The notes: generated by a model from the sequence alone, not told the origin. Numbered from the stretch's first letter, positions 1 through 40,627 are shown. The stretch: 64,000 nt of DNA from Eledone cirrhosa (GCA_964016885.1 OZ024763.1:18352001-18416000), one strand, 5' to 3'. Program-made: numbers and translations.

Positions 1-480
1 AGGGAATGAAAAATAAATAGGGAATGAAAAATATATAGGGACTGAATAATAAATAGGGAATGAAAAATATATAGGGAATGAAAAATATATAGGGAATGAA
101 AAATATATAAGGAACGAAAAATATATAGGGACTGAATAATAAATAGGGAATGAAAAATATATAGGGAATGAAAAATATATAGGGAATGAAAAATAAATAG
201 GGAATGAAAAATATATAAGGAATGAAAAATATATAGGGACTGAATAATAAATAGGGAATGAAAAATAAATAGGGAATGAAAAATAAATAAGGAATGAAAA
301 ATATATAGGGACTGAATAATAAATAGGGAATGAAAAATATATAGGGAATGAAAAATAAATAGGGAACGAAAAATATATAAGGAATGAAAAATAAATAGGG
401 AATGAAAAATAAATAAGGAATGAAAAATAAATAGGGAATGAAAAATAAATAGGGAATGAAAAATATATAAGGAATGAAAA
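1..480. repeat. 18-20 bp minisatellite (AGGGAATGAAAAATAWAT)
   Basis: Directly visible tandem array. Confidence 0.9.
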
Positions 481-2178
481 ATTTCAATTCGAATAAGCAA
501 TGACCAAAAAATGAAAAATACAGAATAGTGAATGAAAAAATTTTAAATGAATATATAGGGAAAGAAAAATTAAAAAAATATATAAATAGGGAAAGAAAAA
601 TAAAAAAATAAATAGAGAAATAAAAATTAAAAAAATAAATAAATAGGGAATGAAAAATTAAAAAACAACAGGGAATTAAGAATGAAAACCAAACCCCCAA
701 AAAGAACGAATCAATACAGAATAAATAAAAGTTTTTTTTGCTGAAAGAAATACCATATTTCCCAGCATCGAAGACCCTACTTTTTTCCTAAAAAGAGTCT
801 CAAAAATCTACCATGTATCCTGGAGGTCAAAGGTTGTTTATTATTTTTTTCTTTCAAACTTTTGGTTGTCAAAATTAGAGTGCGCCCTCGAGGACAAAGT
901 ATCTTTGGCACCGGGAAATACAGTAATTCCAAATTTAGAAGTAGATCTAAATAAAATATACCTGTATGGATCCCCTTAACTCTTGATAGAGTTGTAGGGG
1001 CACCATAGTGACATACAATGTGTCATTGTCATGGGGAAGTCATTTTTTAAAAACCTGACTGAAGCCCCATCCCTTTCCAGGTTTAAACACAGCCGATTAT
1101 TATTATTTTTTTTTTTTTGCCAGAGAAGAAGGTGAGAGAGAAATAGAAAGAGTGGTAGATAGGGAAATGAGAGAAAGAGATATAAAGGAAGAATTGATCC
1201 CAGTATTACACTGGTACTTTTTTTACCGACCTCGAAAGGATGAAAGGCAAAGTTGACCTCAGTGGGATTTGAACTCAGAGACTGCAGTAAGCAGGAATGA
1301 ACACAGCACACAGCATTCTATCCAATGTTCTAACGACCCTGTCAAATTACCACCTTAGATCTTATATATTTACAGAAAATAATTATACAAACAGAATCAG
1401 AAATTTTTTCTTTTTTTTTTTTCATCGTTAAAAATAAAAATGGATAAATAATTTTAATTTAATTTGTTTTTTTGCTGAGTAGTTAGGTCGTGAGTTCATA
1501 TTCTATCATGTCCACTTATAGCAGAGGTTCTCAATTTTTTGGAGCCACTGCCCCCCTCATGGTCAAGTAATACGCTCAGCGCCCCCAACCCTATTTCCAA
1601 AGATACCTGCCTACACGCAAATTGTAAATAATCTATATATAATATAAAAGAGAGATGTTTATTGATTGGTTGAATCACACGAAAATATATATACACACAC
1701 ACACATCTAAAGAGAGAGAGAGACACAGAGGCAGAAAGAGAGAGAGGGGCCATTATACAAAGAGAGATACAATTAAAAGAGAGAGAGAGAGAGTGATGTT
1801 CCTCATCGGCTTAAACTATAGACCAAAGAATATCTATTGAAGGTTTAACAATATTGCGTTAGTTTTTATAAAGTTGTTTTACAGTCTTTGATTTTACAGA
1901 ACAAAGAAAAATTGATACTATTTGAAATGAATCTATCCTCCAGTTTTTATCCATATACTACTTACAGACCGTACTAACGAAGCTAAACACTTCAGAAGCA
2001 ATGTTATGTGGTATATTGCTGTGTTTCAGATGACGTCCTTTGGAGCTGAAAAAGATCATACTGACTATGGTTATTTCACAACATTTAAAATCCAAGGCCA
2101 ATGCTACCATTTAATCCATTTAATCGGCAGTTTACTCTCCCAGCCTAATAAGGAAGTTTTATGATTGTTTTTTTTATG

Positions 2179-2209
<31 letters not shown>

Positions 2210-4595
2210 TTACGGTCTCAACTCATACCAGACAACACATCCAATACAGTCGTTTTCTCTTTTATCCGTCTTCTCTTAACTGTTCTCCTGGGCGAAGTCG
2301 GTACCTCAGCTGGTAGATAATAAATAAAATCATCAATTTACATACAATAATTTATATAATATATACTATGTATAAATAAATATTATATATTTTTTTTTAT
2401 TTTACTATATTTATATATATGTATCAGTTGATATTTAATATACTATTATAGCATTTCTACCACCACCCCTTAGGTGCCAGGGCCACACGGACCTTCTCAA
2501 CGCCCCGGGGGGGGGGGGGGGGGTAGCACGCACTTTGAGAACCTCTGACTTCGAGTAAAGTAAATTGACTTTAAAAAAGGTTCTTTTATTTTTTGGCAGG
2601 AGTTGGGGAAAATGAATAAATAATTTGCAAGAACTAAACTATGATTAACTAGAACAGGGTGTTCGGAGCCCACAAGTGAGCCATTGTGGGTTTTTTTTTA
2701 TTTTTATGTTTAAAATATGAAATATACGTGGGCCATAATAAAACGGAGTTGCTGGTTCCTGGATTAGAAAAAAAAAAAAAAAAAAAGAAAATAGCTGATC
2801 ATGACAACAAACCAAGGAAACAATGTCTCCATTGCTGATATTATCTGCCAGTTGCAACTACTATTGACAAATGGAGGCAGGATTTGAACTCAGAATATAA
2901 AGAAAAGCATCCTAATCCTCCATCTCTGAGGTGATACTTATTTATCGTAAGGTTAAGTTGACCTTGGCAGCACAACTGGATTTAATGGGGGGGAGGGGGG
3001 GGGGGGGGGGGGGCAAAGGGAGCAATTGCCCTGGGCCCCCACCAGTGACAGCCATAGCAATTTATTTGTGCACTCAGCTGGGCTTCTTAGCTTTAGGATG
3101 GTTAGATTTTTTTTAAATGTTATACCTGTATGTATAACTTTTTAATTCGAATTACTTGCACCAAACTTACTTTGATGTATAAAATTCTGGATTTGCTGGG
3201 TATTCTAATTTTTTGTGTATAATTACCTCCCTAAAACTGAAGTGACCTGGGCACTCCCATGGTCTAAATCCAGCCCTGTTCGGCAGGATTTGAAATAGAA
3301 GTATGGAGAGTCGGAACAAATACTGTCACCAGAATCAAGGGTATATATTATAAGTACTATATATACACTTCTATGCTATTTCTACATATATGATTTTTTA
3401 CACTATAATAGATATAGTATACAGGTTTTTGAAAATATAAAATGTATATATCTTTATAAAACAAGATTCGAGTAAAACTTGATAATGTTTGAGCAGGTCA
3501 ATGACTAAATTTCTGGCTAGGGACTCGTGTAACTCATTTTAACTTTTTAAAATTTTAGTACTTAAGATTTGGAACTTAAATTTTTGGCCCATCTCTGGAA
3601 AAAAACAAAACAATGATTTCTTACAGTGGTAGAAAGCCAGCCCGCAGTTTATAAGAGAGAAATGGACAAGTTTGTGTGACATTTTTTTCCTCACGAAGCA
3701 TTAGCAATGAAAAAGAAATTAAAAAGATTCACGGATAAATTAAAACTTGGATAACAATGCTCTTTTGAAATTAAATAAACCGGAAAAGATTTAACAGATG
3801 CACAAATCAATGTGCATATGAACATAAGCGCAATGGGATTTTTTATGTGAAATACCAAGTAAGATACATAAAAATTACTTTTTCCTCATGAGCATTAGCA
3901 ATTTTAAAAAGTAAAATCATGGATAAATTAAATCAATGCTCTTTTGAAATTAAATAAACCAAAGATTTTAACAGACGCACAAATCAATGTGCATATGCAT
4001 ATAAGTGCAGCAGCATTTTTTTTGTGAAATACCAAGTAAAATACATAAAAATTATTTTTCCACATGAGCATTAAATCTTGAATAACAGTACTCTTTTGAA
4101 ATTACATAAACCAGAGAAAATTTAACAGGAACTCACATCAAAGTGAATATGCACATAGCATAAATGTAATTGCATTTTTTCTGTAAAATACCAAGATACA
4201 TAAGAATAAAACTAGTTTAACCCTTTAGCGTTCACATTACTCAATATATACTATTATATTTTCATGGTAAAGGCTTTACCTCACATAATATCTCTCATAA
4301 TATCGAATCTATGAGATTTTGAAAGTATTTATTTTGAGAACAATACCTTAACATCAGTTTGAGTGACCAGTTACAGCCAGTTTCAACAGAAAAAGGTAGA
4401 GAATTCTGACCGGTTTTGGCCAGTTTGAACATTAAAGGGTTAAATAGAAAAGAAGTATGTTCATGACAGTTTTAAAATTTCAAACAATGATAATTACAAA
4501 AACAGATCAGGCTTGAGAAAACAACTTACTGAATAAATGACTATATGAATTATAACATAATCATCTGTGAAATTACATTTTTATAATTCTGGAAG

Positions 4596-4629
<34 letters not shown>

Positions 4630-4819
4630 TATATATATATATACATTTTAAATTTAGAAATATATAAATAGTAGCTATTTCAACTTGATATAAAACTTGA
4701 CACAAAAAATAAATATCATAAAGAGTTATTAAATCAATATGTCGCAAAGTTGCGTTAAATTTTCACTTTTACTTTTTACCTATAGTCTTTGATTTGTATG
4801 GAACTTTACCCCCCTTTTC

Positions 4820-4847
<28 letters not shown>

Positions 4848-4850
<3 letters not shown>

Positions 4851-5041
4851 GGAACCAGTAAGACCCCGACGGCTGAGCTCAAGCCGTTTCGACGGCTAAT
4901 TCTGTCCAGAATTAGCCGTCGAAACGGCTTGAGCTCAGCCGTCGGGGTCTTACTGGTTCCTATTACCCACTCTACTACCCCAAGTATTGAGTACTTTGGT
5001 GCGTTATGGTCCACCTGGTTCCTTACCACATTTCCTTCGTT
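4848..5041. mobile_element. Fold-back element in (TA)n, family B (other copies 37513-37714, 62650-62755, 63860-63975)
   Basis: 57-bp perfect inverted arms 4848-4904/4907-4963 plus a unique tail; both ends lie in TA repeats. Confidence 0.75.
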
Positions 5042-5174
5042 ATATATATATATATATATATATAAATATATATATAGTAGTAGTAACACAACATTTAGTT
5101 CACCATACCGAGAACCAAGCTGAAGATCTGCATAAGGTGAAACAATTGTTCTCGGTATGGTGAACTAACTATAA

Positions 5175-5207
<33 letters not shown>

Positions 5208-5941
5208 TATATACACATATATATACACATATATGCAAGCAGGGAAGAGCGGACGTAAAATGATGATGATGATGATGATGATGATGATACATATACATAT
5301 ATTGTAAGTACCTCAGAAATAAAAAAGTTAATTCTAAAAGCGTTAAACCCCTTTTAACTTAAACTGTCCCTTTTATAAACTGCAAGCCTTTCATTATGTA
5401 AAACCTCTCCATTTTGCCTCATTTCTCCCTATTTGGGCTTTTAGGGGTTGGCAGGTCTGTGTACATATAAAAACATAATTCATATACTAGATATGATTAC
5501 AAAAGTAAGACATGTGCATTCAATTAAATTCTGGGGTTTCCTTCTAAATGTTTTGAAGAAAGCCAAGACATGGCATTGTTCCTAAAACTCATTTTTATCA
5601 TCCCTGGGTGGGATATTTTCGAAGAAATAAGAAAAAAACTCTATAGAAATATAAATATTCAAATAAAAATATATCAACAAAAAAAGCAGCTTTTGGAATT
5701 TTTTTTTTTTTAAATATGCAAAATAGCTACTTATTGATTCTCTTTGATGATATTAACCCTTAAATAGTTTGTATTGATTCATTAAATATTAAATAATTGT
5801 GAAATTAGTTTGTTTCTAAGCCTTTTAAAGCTCTAAATATATTATATGTCTATATATAATGCCTGATTTGATCTGTTTTATAGCATGAAGAAAAAATATG
5901 GTTTGAATCAGTAAACAATGATATTTGGGTAATATAAAATA

Positions 5942-5975
<34 letters not shown>

Positions 5976-6246
5976 ACACACACACACTCTCAAAAGCGTG
6001 AAACTAATAAACTCATATTTGTACTGCCTCTCTATTTTTGTTCCCGTCTAAGATTTAACTATATATATATATACATACATATATATATATACATATATAT
6101 ATATGCATATATATATATATATACATACATATATATATGTATCCATATATATACATACATATCATATATATATAATAAAGATGCCTATACTCTACCAAGG
6201 TATTGAGTACCTTTTTTAACTGTGGTTACCCTGTGACACAACTCAG

Positions 6247-6281
<35 letters not shown>

Positions 6282-6640
6282 ACTCTGCTTATGTTTTGAG
6301 TTCTCATTCTCAGAAAAATAGTATGTATTGACGAAAGAAATCAATACTAAAAGGGTAAAAGCAGCAATTCTTTGCTTAAACTTTTATCTGTACTAATAAT
6401 AAATATTTGCTCTTCGGATTTATATATACTTTTTGTATACAGGTAAAATTCCAGTATAATGAATTTTTCAATATAAGGAAATTTTTTTCAATCCCCAGCC
6501 ATATGCTCGATGCATTAGGTCAATCTCGTTATAAAGAATTTTTCGTTACAACAATTTTTTTTTTATACCCCGTGAATTTCACTGTATATATACAATCCTT
6601 ATCGAGCCCTCTTCGGATTTTGGTCTTCATATTTATTATT

Positions 6641-6693
<53 letters not shown>

Positions 6694-6854
6694 AGATCTA
6701 CGAAAATATGAAATATAGCTAATTAAAAAATAAGGGGGTAACCTTCAATTAAATCATAAAACAAACAATTTCTTCCTGTTTTTTTTAGATGTGTGGTGGG
6801 TTCCATTCTTTTTCCAAATTTCACTGAAAAGACTGAAGTATAATATCCATAGAT

Positions 6855-32628
<25,774 letters not shown>

Positions 32629-34293
32629 ATTGGAAAATCTTTGATGTGTTATTCAAGCTGTGTCCTAGAAAAATAGAAGAATTTTTAGTTAATAATTTCC
32701 TGGTGATTATTTTCAAATGACAATAATTGCCTAGCTCTCCCAATCTTTTTTCTCTCTCCTCTCTCCCGGTGGATTGGCAGTATCAGCAGAGTCAGACGCT
32801 ATGCTTTGCGACATAGAGTTACGGCCCTTTACAGTCTGAGTTCAAATTCCACCGAGGTTAACTTTGCCTTTTATCCTTATGGGGTCGATAAACTAAAGTA
32901 CCACTAATGCACCGGGACAATTGCCAAAAGTAGGAAAAATTATTACTGGAAAAATTATTTACTGTCTGAGTTCAAATCCCAATGAGGTTAACTTTGTCTT
33001 TTATCCTTATAGTACCAGTAATACACTGGGGTAATTGCTGGTCTTGTGCCAAATGTAGAAACAATTATTACTGTATATGCCGACGTACAAGTCGATATTT
33101 GGAGCCTAAAAATATCATGCCAAAACTGGGGTCAACTTGTCCTCCAAATATAAAAGGTGGAAGTATGCAAGCTGCTTCACCTGAACTACACCACAGTAAT
33201 TTAGGGGTCAACCTATGAGCCAGATCGGCTTGTACACCAGCATATACTATATATAATATTTTAAACTCTTGCCCCACCTCTCCCTCTTTCTAATTTTATT
33301 TTACACCTTTCTTATTTTAGTTCTTTTTTTTTCAACTCTTTTTCTTTTCTTTTAATTTTCTCTTATTTCTCCTCCCCTCTCTCTCTCTACTTATCTTTCT
33401 GTCTGTCTATCTGTGTATTAATCAATGAATTTATTATCTCTCTATGTATTTATGTCAATCAGTCTGTTTGTTCATCTATCAATCTATTGATTGTCAATTT
33501 ATCTATCAATCTTTCTATCTGACTGTCAATCTATCTATTTGTTAATTTATCACTGTTCATCTATCTATTAATTTGTTTATTTATATATCTATCTGTCTGC
33601 CTGTTTATCAATCTGTCTATCTGTCTACTTATATATCTATCTGTTCATCCAGCTATTAATTTGTTTATTTATATATCTATCTGTCTGCCTGTTTATCTAT
33701 CTATCTGTCTATCTGTCTACTATGTAAAATCCCCGGCATGTCTTTGTATTGTCCCCTTTCTTGTTGCGCCCTTGTGGCTAATAAAGAAATCTATCTGTCT
33801 ATCTGTCTACCTATATATCTATCTGTTCATCTATCTATCAATTTGTTTATTCTTTTTTTCAAATACCACTTTGGAAGAAGAATCAGGACGGAGAGAGAGG
33901 TGCTGTACCCCAGCAAGTTTTATGAAAGGGGGGCGAAAGTGGCGAGAATGGCCCCAGTGAATGGGCCTTCTCTCTATATCAGCCTGTAGATTGAGGAAAA
34001 GGAGGAGGAGAGGAAAGGAGTACAAACTCTTCGTACTCCTGGAGATGAGGGTTGCACATTTTTTTCGGGGGTATGTGTTACCCATATGAACTGTCTCCTC
34101 CTATTGGGGGAAATAGACTAATTTTTTAAATTGCATTTGTGATCATATTTTACACGTTTTTATTGTATGTAAACTTCCCCCCTTTGTATTTGTCCCTTTC
34201 TTTTGTGCCCCTGTGGCTAATAAAGAAACATATCTATTAATTTGTTTATTTATTTATGTGTTTATCTATCTATTTTTATCTATCTATCTGCCC

Positions 34294-34327
<34 letters not shown>

Positions 34328-34642
34328 ATCTATCTGCCTGTCTCTGAATTTATGTCTATCTGTCTGTTTGTTTGTTTGTCTGTCTGTTTGTCTATCTAAC
34401 AATCCGTCTATTAATATATCAATATATTTGTCAATTTACCACTCTCTTTTGATAACCAATCTATTTATTTATTTAACTATCTCTATATATGTGTGTGAGA
34501 GAGTCTAGGGTTCAGTCGGAAGTAACCACAGTTACATTGGTAGAGTGTAAACATCGAGTTTAATATAGAAATGGCTTCTACAGGACTAGAACTGTTTCAT
34601 TCAAAATAAATCATCACACACATACATACATACATACATACA

Positions 34643-34677
<35 letters not shown>

Positions 34678-35790
34678 GCGTGTGTATGTGTGTGCGCGTG
34701 TCTGCTTATCTTATCTCTCTCTCTTCTCTCCCTCCTCTCTTCCCCCTCTCTAACTCCCCCCCCCCTCGTTAACCACCAGCCTCGCACTCACTCTATCCGT
34801 GTATCGAAAGTGATTGCTCTCTTTTCAAATAAAAACTTGACGGTTATTTTACAATTTAATAATAAATAATAAATAATAATTTCCCCTGATTGGTTGATAG
34901 ACAGACAGACAGACAGACAGATAAGATTTACAAAAAAATAACGGAAAATACATATTTATATTTTCAAAGTCATTAGCAATCAACGGTTTCTGATGGGGAA
35001 TGTGTCGTCGTGGGGGGGGGGGGGGGGGGGGGGGGGGGACTGAAAAATAATTTAAAGTTAATGCTTAGAATCATCGAACATTTCTGTATCAATATAATCG
35101 ATAAATAACAAATTTAAAAAAAAAAAAATACAGAAAAAGAAAGAAAAACTTTTGGTCTTCTTTCGTTTTCAGTAAAGAAGAAATTTTTTTTACATTAATT
35201 TAAATTAATTACAATCATTTTTTTATTTTTTATTTTCTTATTTCTGAATTTTTTAAATAACTTTATTTGTGGTTAACTATATTTTTTTCGCTGTTTTTTT
35301 TTTTTTTTTTTTTTTTTTCTCCTTTCATTCGTTTCTTATATTAGAAACCGCTTAATATTATTAACCGATTTGTATTTATGACAAAAAAACTTCATAAAAA
35401 TATAATTCAAGGAACCTTCTCTCGCTTTGATTGTATTTTTGTGCATTATATATATAAAGAGAGAGAGAGAGGTAAAAAGAAACTCTCTTCAGAGCTAGAC
35501 AGAAGGTTATCAGAGAAGAAACCCCACCCAAGCAAGTATTTCGGCCCCTAACTTTACACACACACACACACATATATACATTGTGTTAAGTAATTCGAAA
35601 AAGTAAAGGAAAGAAGAGTGCTCTATGTTTAGTACAGAGCTATTTAATTATATAATAAACAACACAATATAATTATTCCATTACCAAAGGTTTCAAGAAA
35701 CTAGACGATCCTTACAGAAACGTCCGGCCCTTTTTTTTTGTAAGGATCGTCTAGTGTTAATTATTATATAATTAAATCTCTCTCTCTGTA

Positions 35791-35945
<155 letters not shown>

Positions 35946-35964
35946 ATAATTATATATATATAAT

Positions 35965-35995
<31 letters not shown>

Positions 35996-36040
35996 ATAAT
36001 TATATATATATATTTATATATATATATTTATATATATATT

Positions 36041-36097
<57 letters not shown>

Positions 36098-36112
36098 TAT
36101 ATATAAATATAT

Positions 36113-36532
36113 ATGTAGGAGGTGAGTTTTATTGTAGTACAATAAAGCAATGCAGATATCGGATAAGAAGCACTCTACAGTTTGTAGGACTGGAGTATGC
36201 ATAATATAAGATCAAAAGATGGTTAAAGGAGTTCCATGTATTTTATTATGCACATTTCAAAAACAAACATCATCATGCAATAATATTTGTGTTTTCATCA
36301 GATAAAACAGGAGAACATGATATGAAGGCTAAAAAACACTTGTGGATAGTGCAGTTGATTTAATATGTTGATTTAAAACTGCACTATCCACAAGTGTTTT
36401 TTAGCCTTCATATCATGTTCTCCTGTTTTATCTGATGAAAACACAAATATTATTGCATGATGATGTTTGTTTTTGAAATGCGCATAATAAAATACATGGA
36501 ACTCCTTTAACCATCTTTTGATCTTATATTAT
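36113..36532. mobile_element. Fold-back element with hammerheads, in (TA)n
   Basis: ~156-bp arms 36201-36356/36377-36532 plus tail 36113-36200. Confidence 0.75.
36425..36493 (+). ncRNA. Minimal type-I hammerhead ribozyme motif (mirror copy on - strand at ~36239-36307)
   Basis: UUUUAU-CUGAUGA-AAACACAAAUA..UGUUUGUUUUU-GAAA-UGCGCA-UA|AUAAAA: stem I, core, stem II, palindromic stem III. Confidence 0.7.
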
Positions 36533-36609
36533 ATAAATATATATATATTTATATATATATATATATATAATTATATATATATATTTATATATATATTTAT
36601 ATATATATA

Positions 36610-36811
36610 AGTTATTCCGGGTTGAATCGGAGGTAACCTCAGTAAGTAAGGTACTCAATACATAGTAGAGTATAAAACTAAAAGTTTTAATATAGAAGAG
36701 CTTCTACAGGACTAGAACTGTTTCATTCGTTAGAAATCATCAGGAGATTCCTGATGACTTCTCACGAATGAAACAGTTCTAGTCCTGTAGAAGCTCTTCT
36801 ATATTAAAACT
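36610..36811. mobile_element. Fold-back element family C (CTGATGA..GAAACAGTTCTAGTCCTGTAGAAG); relatives at ~34505, 38660, 61530-61960, 63205
   Basis: Arms 36683-36745/36749-36811, TA-flanked, multiple dispersed copies. Confidence 0.7.
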
Positions 36812-36943
36812 ATATATATATATAAATAATGAGTTATTTAATTTATTGATTATTCAACAAATTAAATTTATAACAGATTTCCTTCTGGAGTATAAGATCA
36901 ATAATATTAATAAATGGAAACTATCTTTATAAAGATAGTTTCC

Positions 36944-36989
<46 letters not shown>

Positions 36990-36990
36990 G

Positions 36991-37032
<42 letters not shown>

Positions 37033-37034
<2 letters not shown>

Positions 37035-37454
37035 CCAAAGATTAATATGGTTCATTGATTACTCAATGAATATAGTTTTACAATAGATTAAAAGCACTCT
37101 ACAATGAAGTTTTCTGGAGTTATTAATATTATTCAACATATTAATAAATGAAGACATTCACATAATCAAAATATATGTTTTATTATATATATTTCGAAGG
37201 TACTGTGCTGTTTTTTCAGTACGTCCTCGTCAGATAAAATACATGAATTGATGTATGACATACCTCAACGGTGTTGATGGTTCAATTCCAGTATTGGCAG
37301 ATTGAACCATCAAGATCGTTGAGGTATGTCATACATCAATTCATGTATTTTATCTGACGAGGACGTAGTGGAAAAAACAGCACAGTACCATCGAAATATA
37401 TATAATAAAACATATATTTTGATTATGTGAATGTCTTCATTTATTAATATTTTG

Positions 37455-37462
<8 letters not shown>
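37033..37462. mobile_element. Fold-back element with hammerheads, in (TA)n
   Basis: ~160-bp arms 37126-37286/37301-37462 plus tail. Confidence 0.75.
37178..37239 (-). ncRNA. Minimal hammerhead ribozyme motif (mirror copy on + strand at 37348-37410)
   Basis: UUUUAU-CUGACGA-GGAC-GUACUG..CAGUAC-CUUC-GAAA-UAUAUA-UA|AUAAAA. Confidence 0.65.
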
Positions 37463-37517
<55 letters not shown>

Positions 37518-37948
37518 AACGAGTAGGACCCCGACGGCTGAGCTCAAGCCGTTTCGACGGCTAATTCTGGACTCTGAATCCAGAATTAGCCGTCGAAACG
37601 GCTTGAGCTCAGCCGTCGGGGTCCTTCTCGTTCCTATTACCCACTCTACTACCCTAAGTATTGAGTACTTTGGTGCGTTATGGTCCACCTGGTTCCTTAC
37701 CACATTTCCTTCGTTATATATATATATATTCATTTCATTTATTGATTTATTGATAATTTATCTGAGTGTCCCGAATCTTCCATATCGAACTTATCGGTTA
37801 TTTGGTTGTTTGTAGACATATTCTACGTGTGACGGTATTTAACGATAGTTATAGCTCTAATTTATTTGAATTATAGAGCCCTCTGCCGCTCATCTCGAAT
37901 TTTGTTTATCGTGAACTCGTGCGCCGATTTTTCGATACTCGATTTTTC

Positions 37949-37988
<40 letters not shown>

Positions 37989-38253
37989 GATATTAACAAA
38001 TGAAACTATATTTATAAAACCATATTTATTTCATTATATGGTTTTATGGTTTTATAAATATAGTTTCCATTTGTTAATATCGTATTTTTACTCCAATTAT
38101 TTGTTGAGTGCTTTATATCAGTTATAAAAATATTTGCTTGTTGTATCCCAGCAATTTAAATAGAACTTTTACATTACAGAAACTAATTAGTTGGAGTGAA
38201 AATTTTAGTAAGTAAGTTAATTTTTAATTTTTAAAATTTTCTTGTTTTACGTC

Positions 38254-38396
<143 letters not shown>

Positions 38397-38511
38397 AAAA
38401 GACAAGGTGATGGACTGTTAATATGAAGTGTGTATACATTTTTTGGGAACACAGTGTCTGTGTGAGTGTGTGTGTGTATTTATATATATATATATATACA
38501 CACATACACTT

Positions 38512-38581
<70 letters not shown>

Positions 38582-38885
38582 ACTTACACGCACATATATA
38601 TATATATACACACATACACTTACACACACACACACACATATATATATACACAAATATACGTTATTCCGGGTTGAATCGGAGGTAACCACAGTAAGTAAGG
38701 TACTCAATACATTGCAGAGTATAAACGTTTTAATATAGATGAGATTCTACAGGACTAGAACTGTTTCATTCTTTAGAAATCATCATATATATATATATAT
38801 ATATGTATCCTGATGGCCTCCAAAAACAACGATCAATTTTTAACAGGGGTACGTCAATGTCTATTTATAAAACTGTTATATGTTG

Positions 38886-38948
38886 TATTTTGTCTGATGA
38901 AGGCATACCATAATGTAACTTGGTATACTTGAAATATATAATGAAATA
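38886..38948 (+). ncRNA. Minimal hammerhead ribozyme motif
   Basis: UAUUUUGU-CUGAUGA-AGGCAUACCA..UGGUAUACUU-GAAA-UAUA-UA|AUGAAAUA. Confidence 0.7.
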
Positions 38949-38987
38949 AATATGGTTTTATATATATAGTTTCCATTTATTAATATC

Positions 38988-39033
<46 letters not shown>

Positions 39034-39045
39034 ATAAATATATAT

Positions 39046-39080
<35 letters not shown>

Positions 39081-39107
39081 AATATATATATATATATATG
39101 TAAATAT

Positions 39108-39195
<88 letters not shown>

Positions 39196-39252
39196 GTAAA
39201 TATATATATATATATATATAAATATATATATATATGTAAAATATATATATAT

Positions 39253-39284
<32 letters not shown>

Positions 39285-39331
39285 GTAAATATATATATAT
39301 ATATATGTAAATATATATATATATATATATG

Positions 39332-39412
<81 letters not shown>

Positions 39413-39724
39413 CAGGAGACAACAAACAGGGGTAAAAAAAAAGTCATTAGTTTCACGGCTTTATATTGAAAAAAAAAAGGAGAGAAAGTTCTACATGTCG
39501 GGCTTAAGCCCTTATATAAACATATGCCTCAGGGAGATTCAACGTGACACAATGTGACAACGGTGTCCTTTCCAATTATAAGATACAACTCATGTTTGCC
39601 AGCTGTGTGTCAACACAACGACAATACATACTCCTAGGGAATCGAACTCAAATATATTTAATTTGAAATAAAATGCTGCCTATCTTCTTTTGAGGACCCT
39701 AAAACATGGCTAAGCCAGCTCTGT

Positions 39725-40052
39725 TGTCGTTGTTCTTGCCAACTCTTCCTTGTTCCCGAATATATTGTCCCCTTCCCTGGGATTTCTTATAAGGGTGTTG
39801 TTGGGTTTCGTTGTTCTTGCCAACTCTTCCTTGTTCCCGAATATATTGTCCCCCTTTCCCTGGGATTTCTTATAAGGGTGTTGTTGGGTTTCGTTGTTCT
39901 TGCCAACTCTTCCTTGTTCCCGAATATATTGTCCCCTTCCCTGGGATTTCTTATAAGGGTGTTGTTGGGTTTCGTTGTTCTTGCCAACTCTTCCTTGTTC
40001 CCGAATATATTGTCCCCTTCCCTGGGATTTCTTATAAGGGTGTTGTTGGGGT
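39725..40052. repeat. 81-bp x4 tandem repeat
   Basis: Directly visible; abuts a SINE head. Confidence 0.85.
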
Positions 40053-40550
40053 TTACGATCATAATGTCGTGGGTTCGATTCCTGAATTGGGTTGGGTTGT
40101 GTGTTGTGTTCTTCAACAGAAAACACTTCATTTTACGTTGCTCCAGTCAAGTATATATACTCAGCTTAAAAAATGAGTACCAGTAATAGCTGGCGGAGGA
40201 CTTTAACCCCTGCAATTGACTGGTGTCATATATCCAGTGGTGATTGAGGCGGGGGGGGGGGGGTTGTCTTGTACTCTCAGTCATTTCATGCCATGGAAAC
40301 CTCTGGATAAGCACTGATCTCTGGTGAACCTCTGGGCTTGAGAGAGAGTTTAACCCTGTGATGGACTAGCGTCCTATCCAGGGGGAACATTTTTTTTCTT
40401 GTACTCTCAGTCATTTCATGCCATGGAAACATGGATAAGCACTAGCCTGATGAGCCTCTGGGCTTGAGAGAGAGTTTAACCCTGTGATGGACTAGCGTCC
40501 TATCCAGGGGGAACATTTTTTTTCTTGTACTCTCAGTCGCTTCACACAAA

Positions 40551-40627
40551 TTATTTTGTCTGACGAACGAACTAGATGTTTCTTGCAAGAATCGTCTAGT
40601 TTCTTGAAACCTTCGGTAATGAAATAA
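40551..40627 (+). ncRNA. Type-I hammerhead ribozyme motif
   Basis: UUAUUUUGU-CUGACGA-ACGAACUAGAUG..CGUCUAGUUUCUU-GAAA-CCUUCGG-UA|AUGAAAUAA; 9-bp stem I and a CC/GG stem III. Confidence 0.75.

Noticed and set aside
36751-36790. CTGATGA..GAAA in family C as a complete hammerhead
   Set aside because: Core and short stem II are present, but I could not form stems I and III
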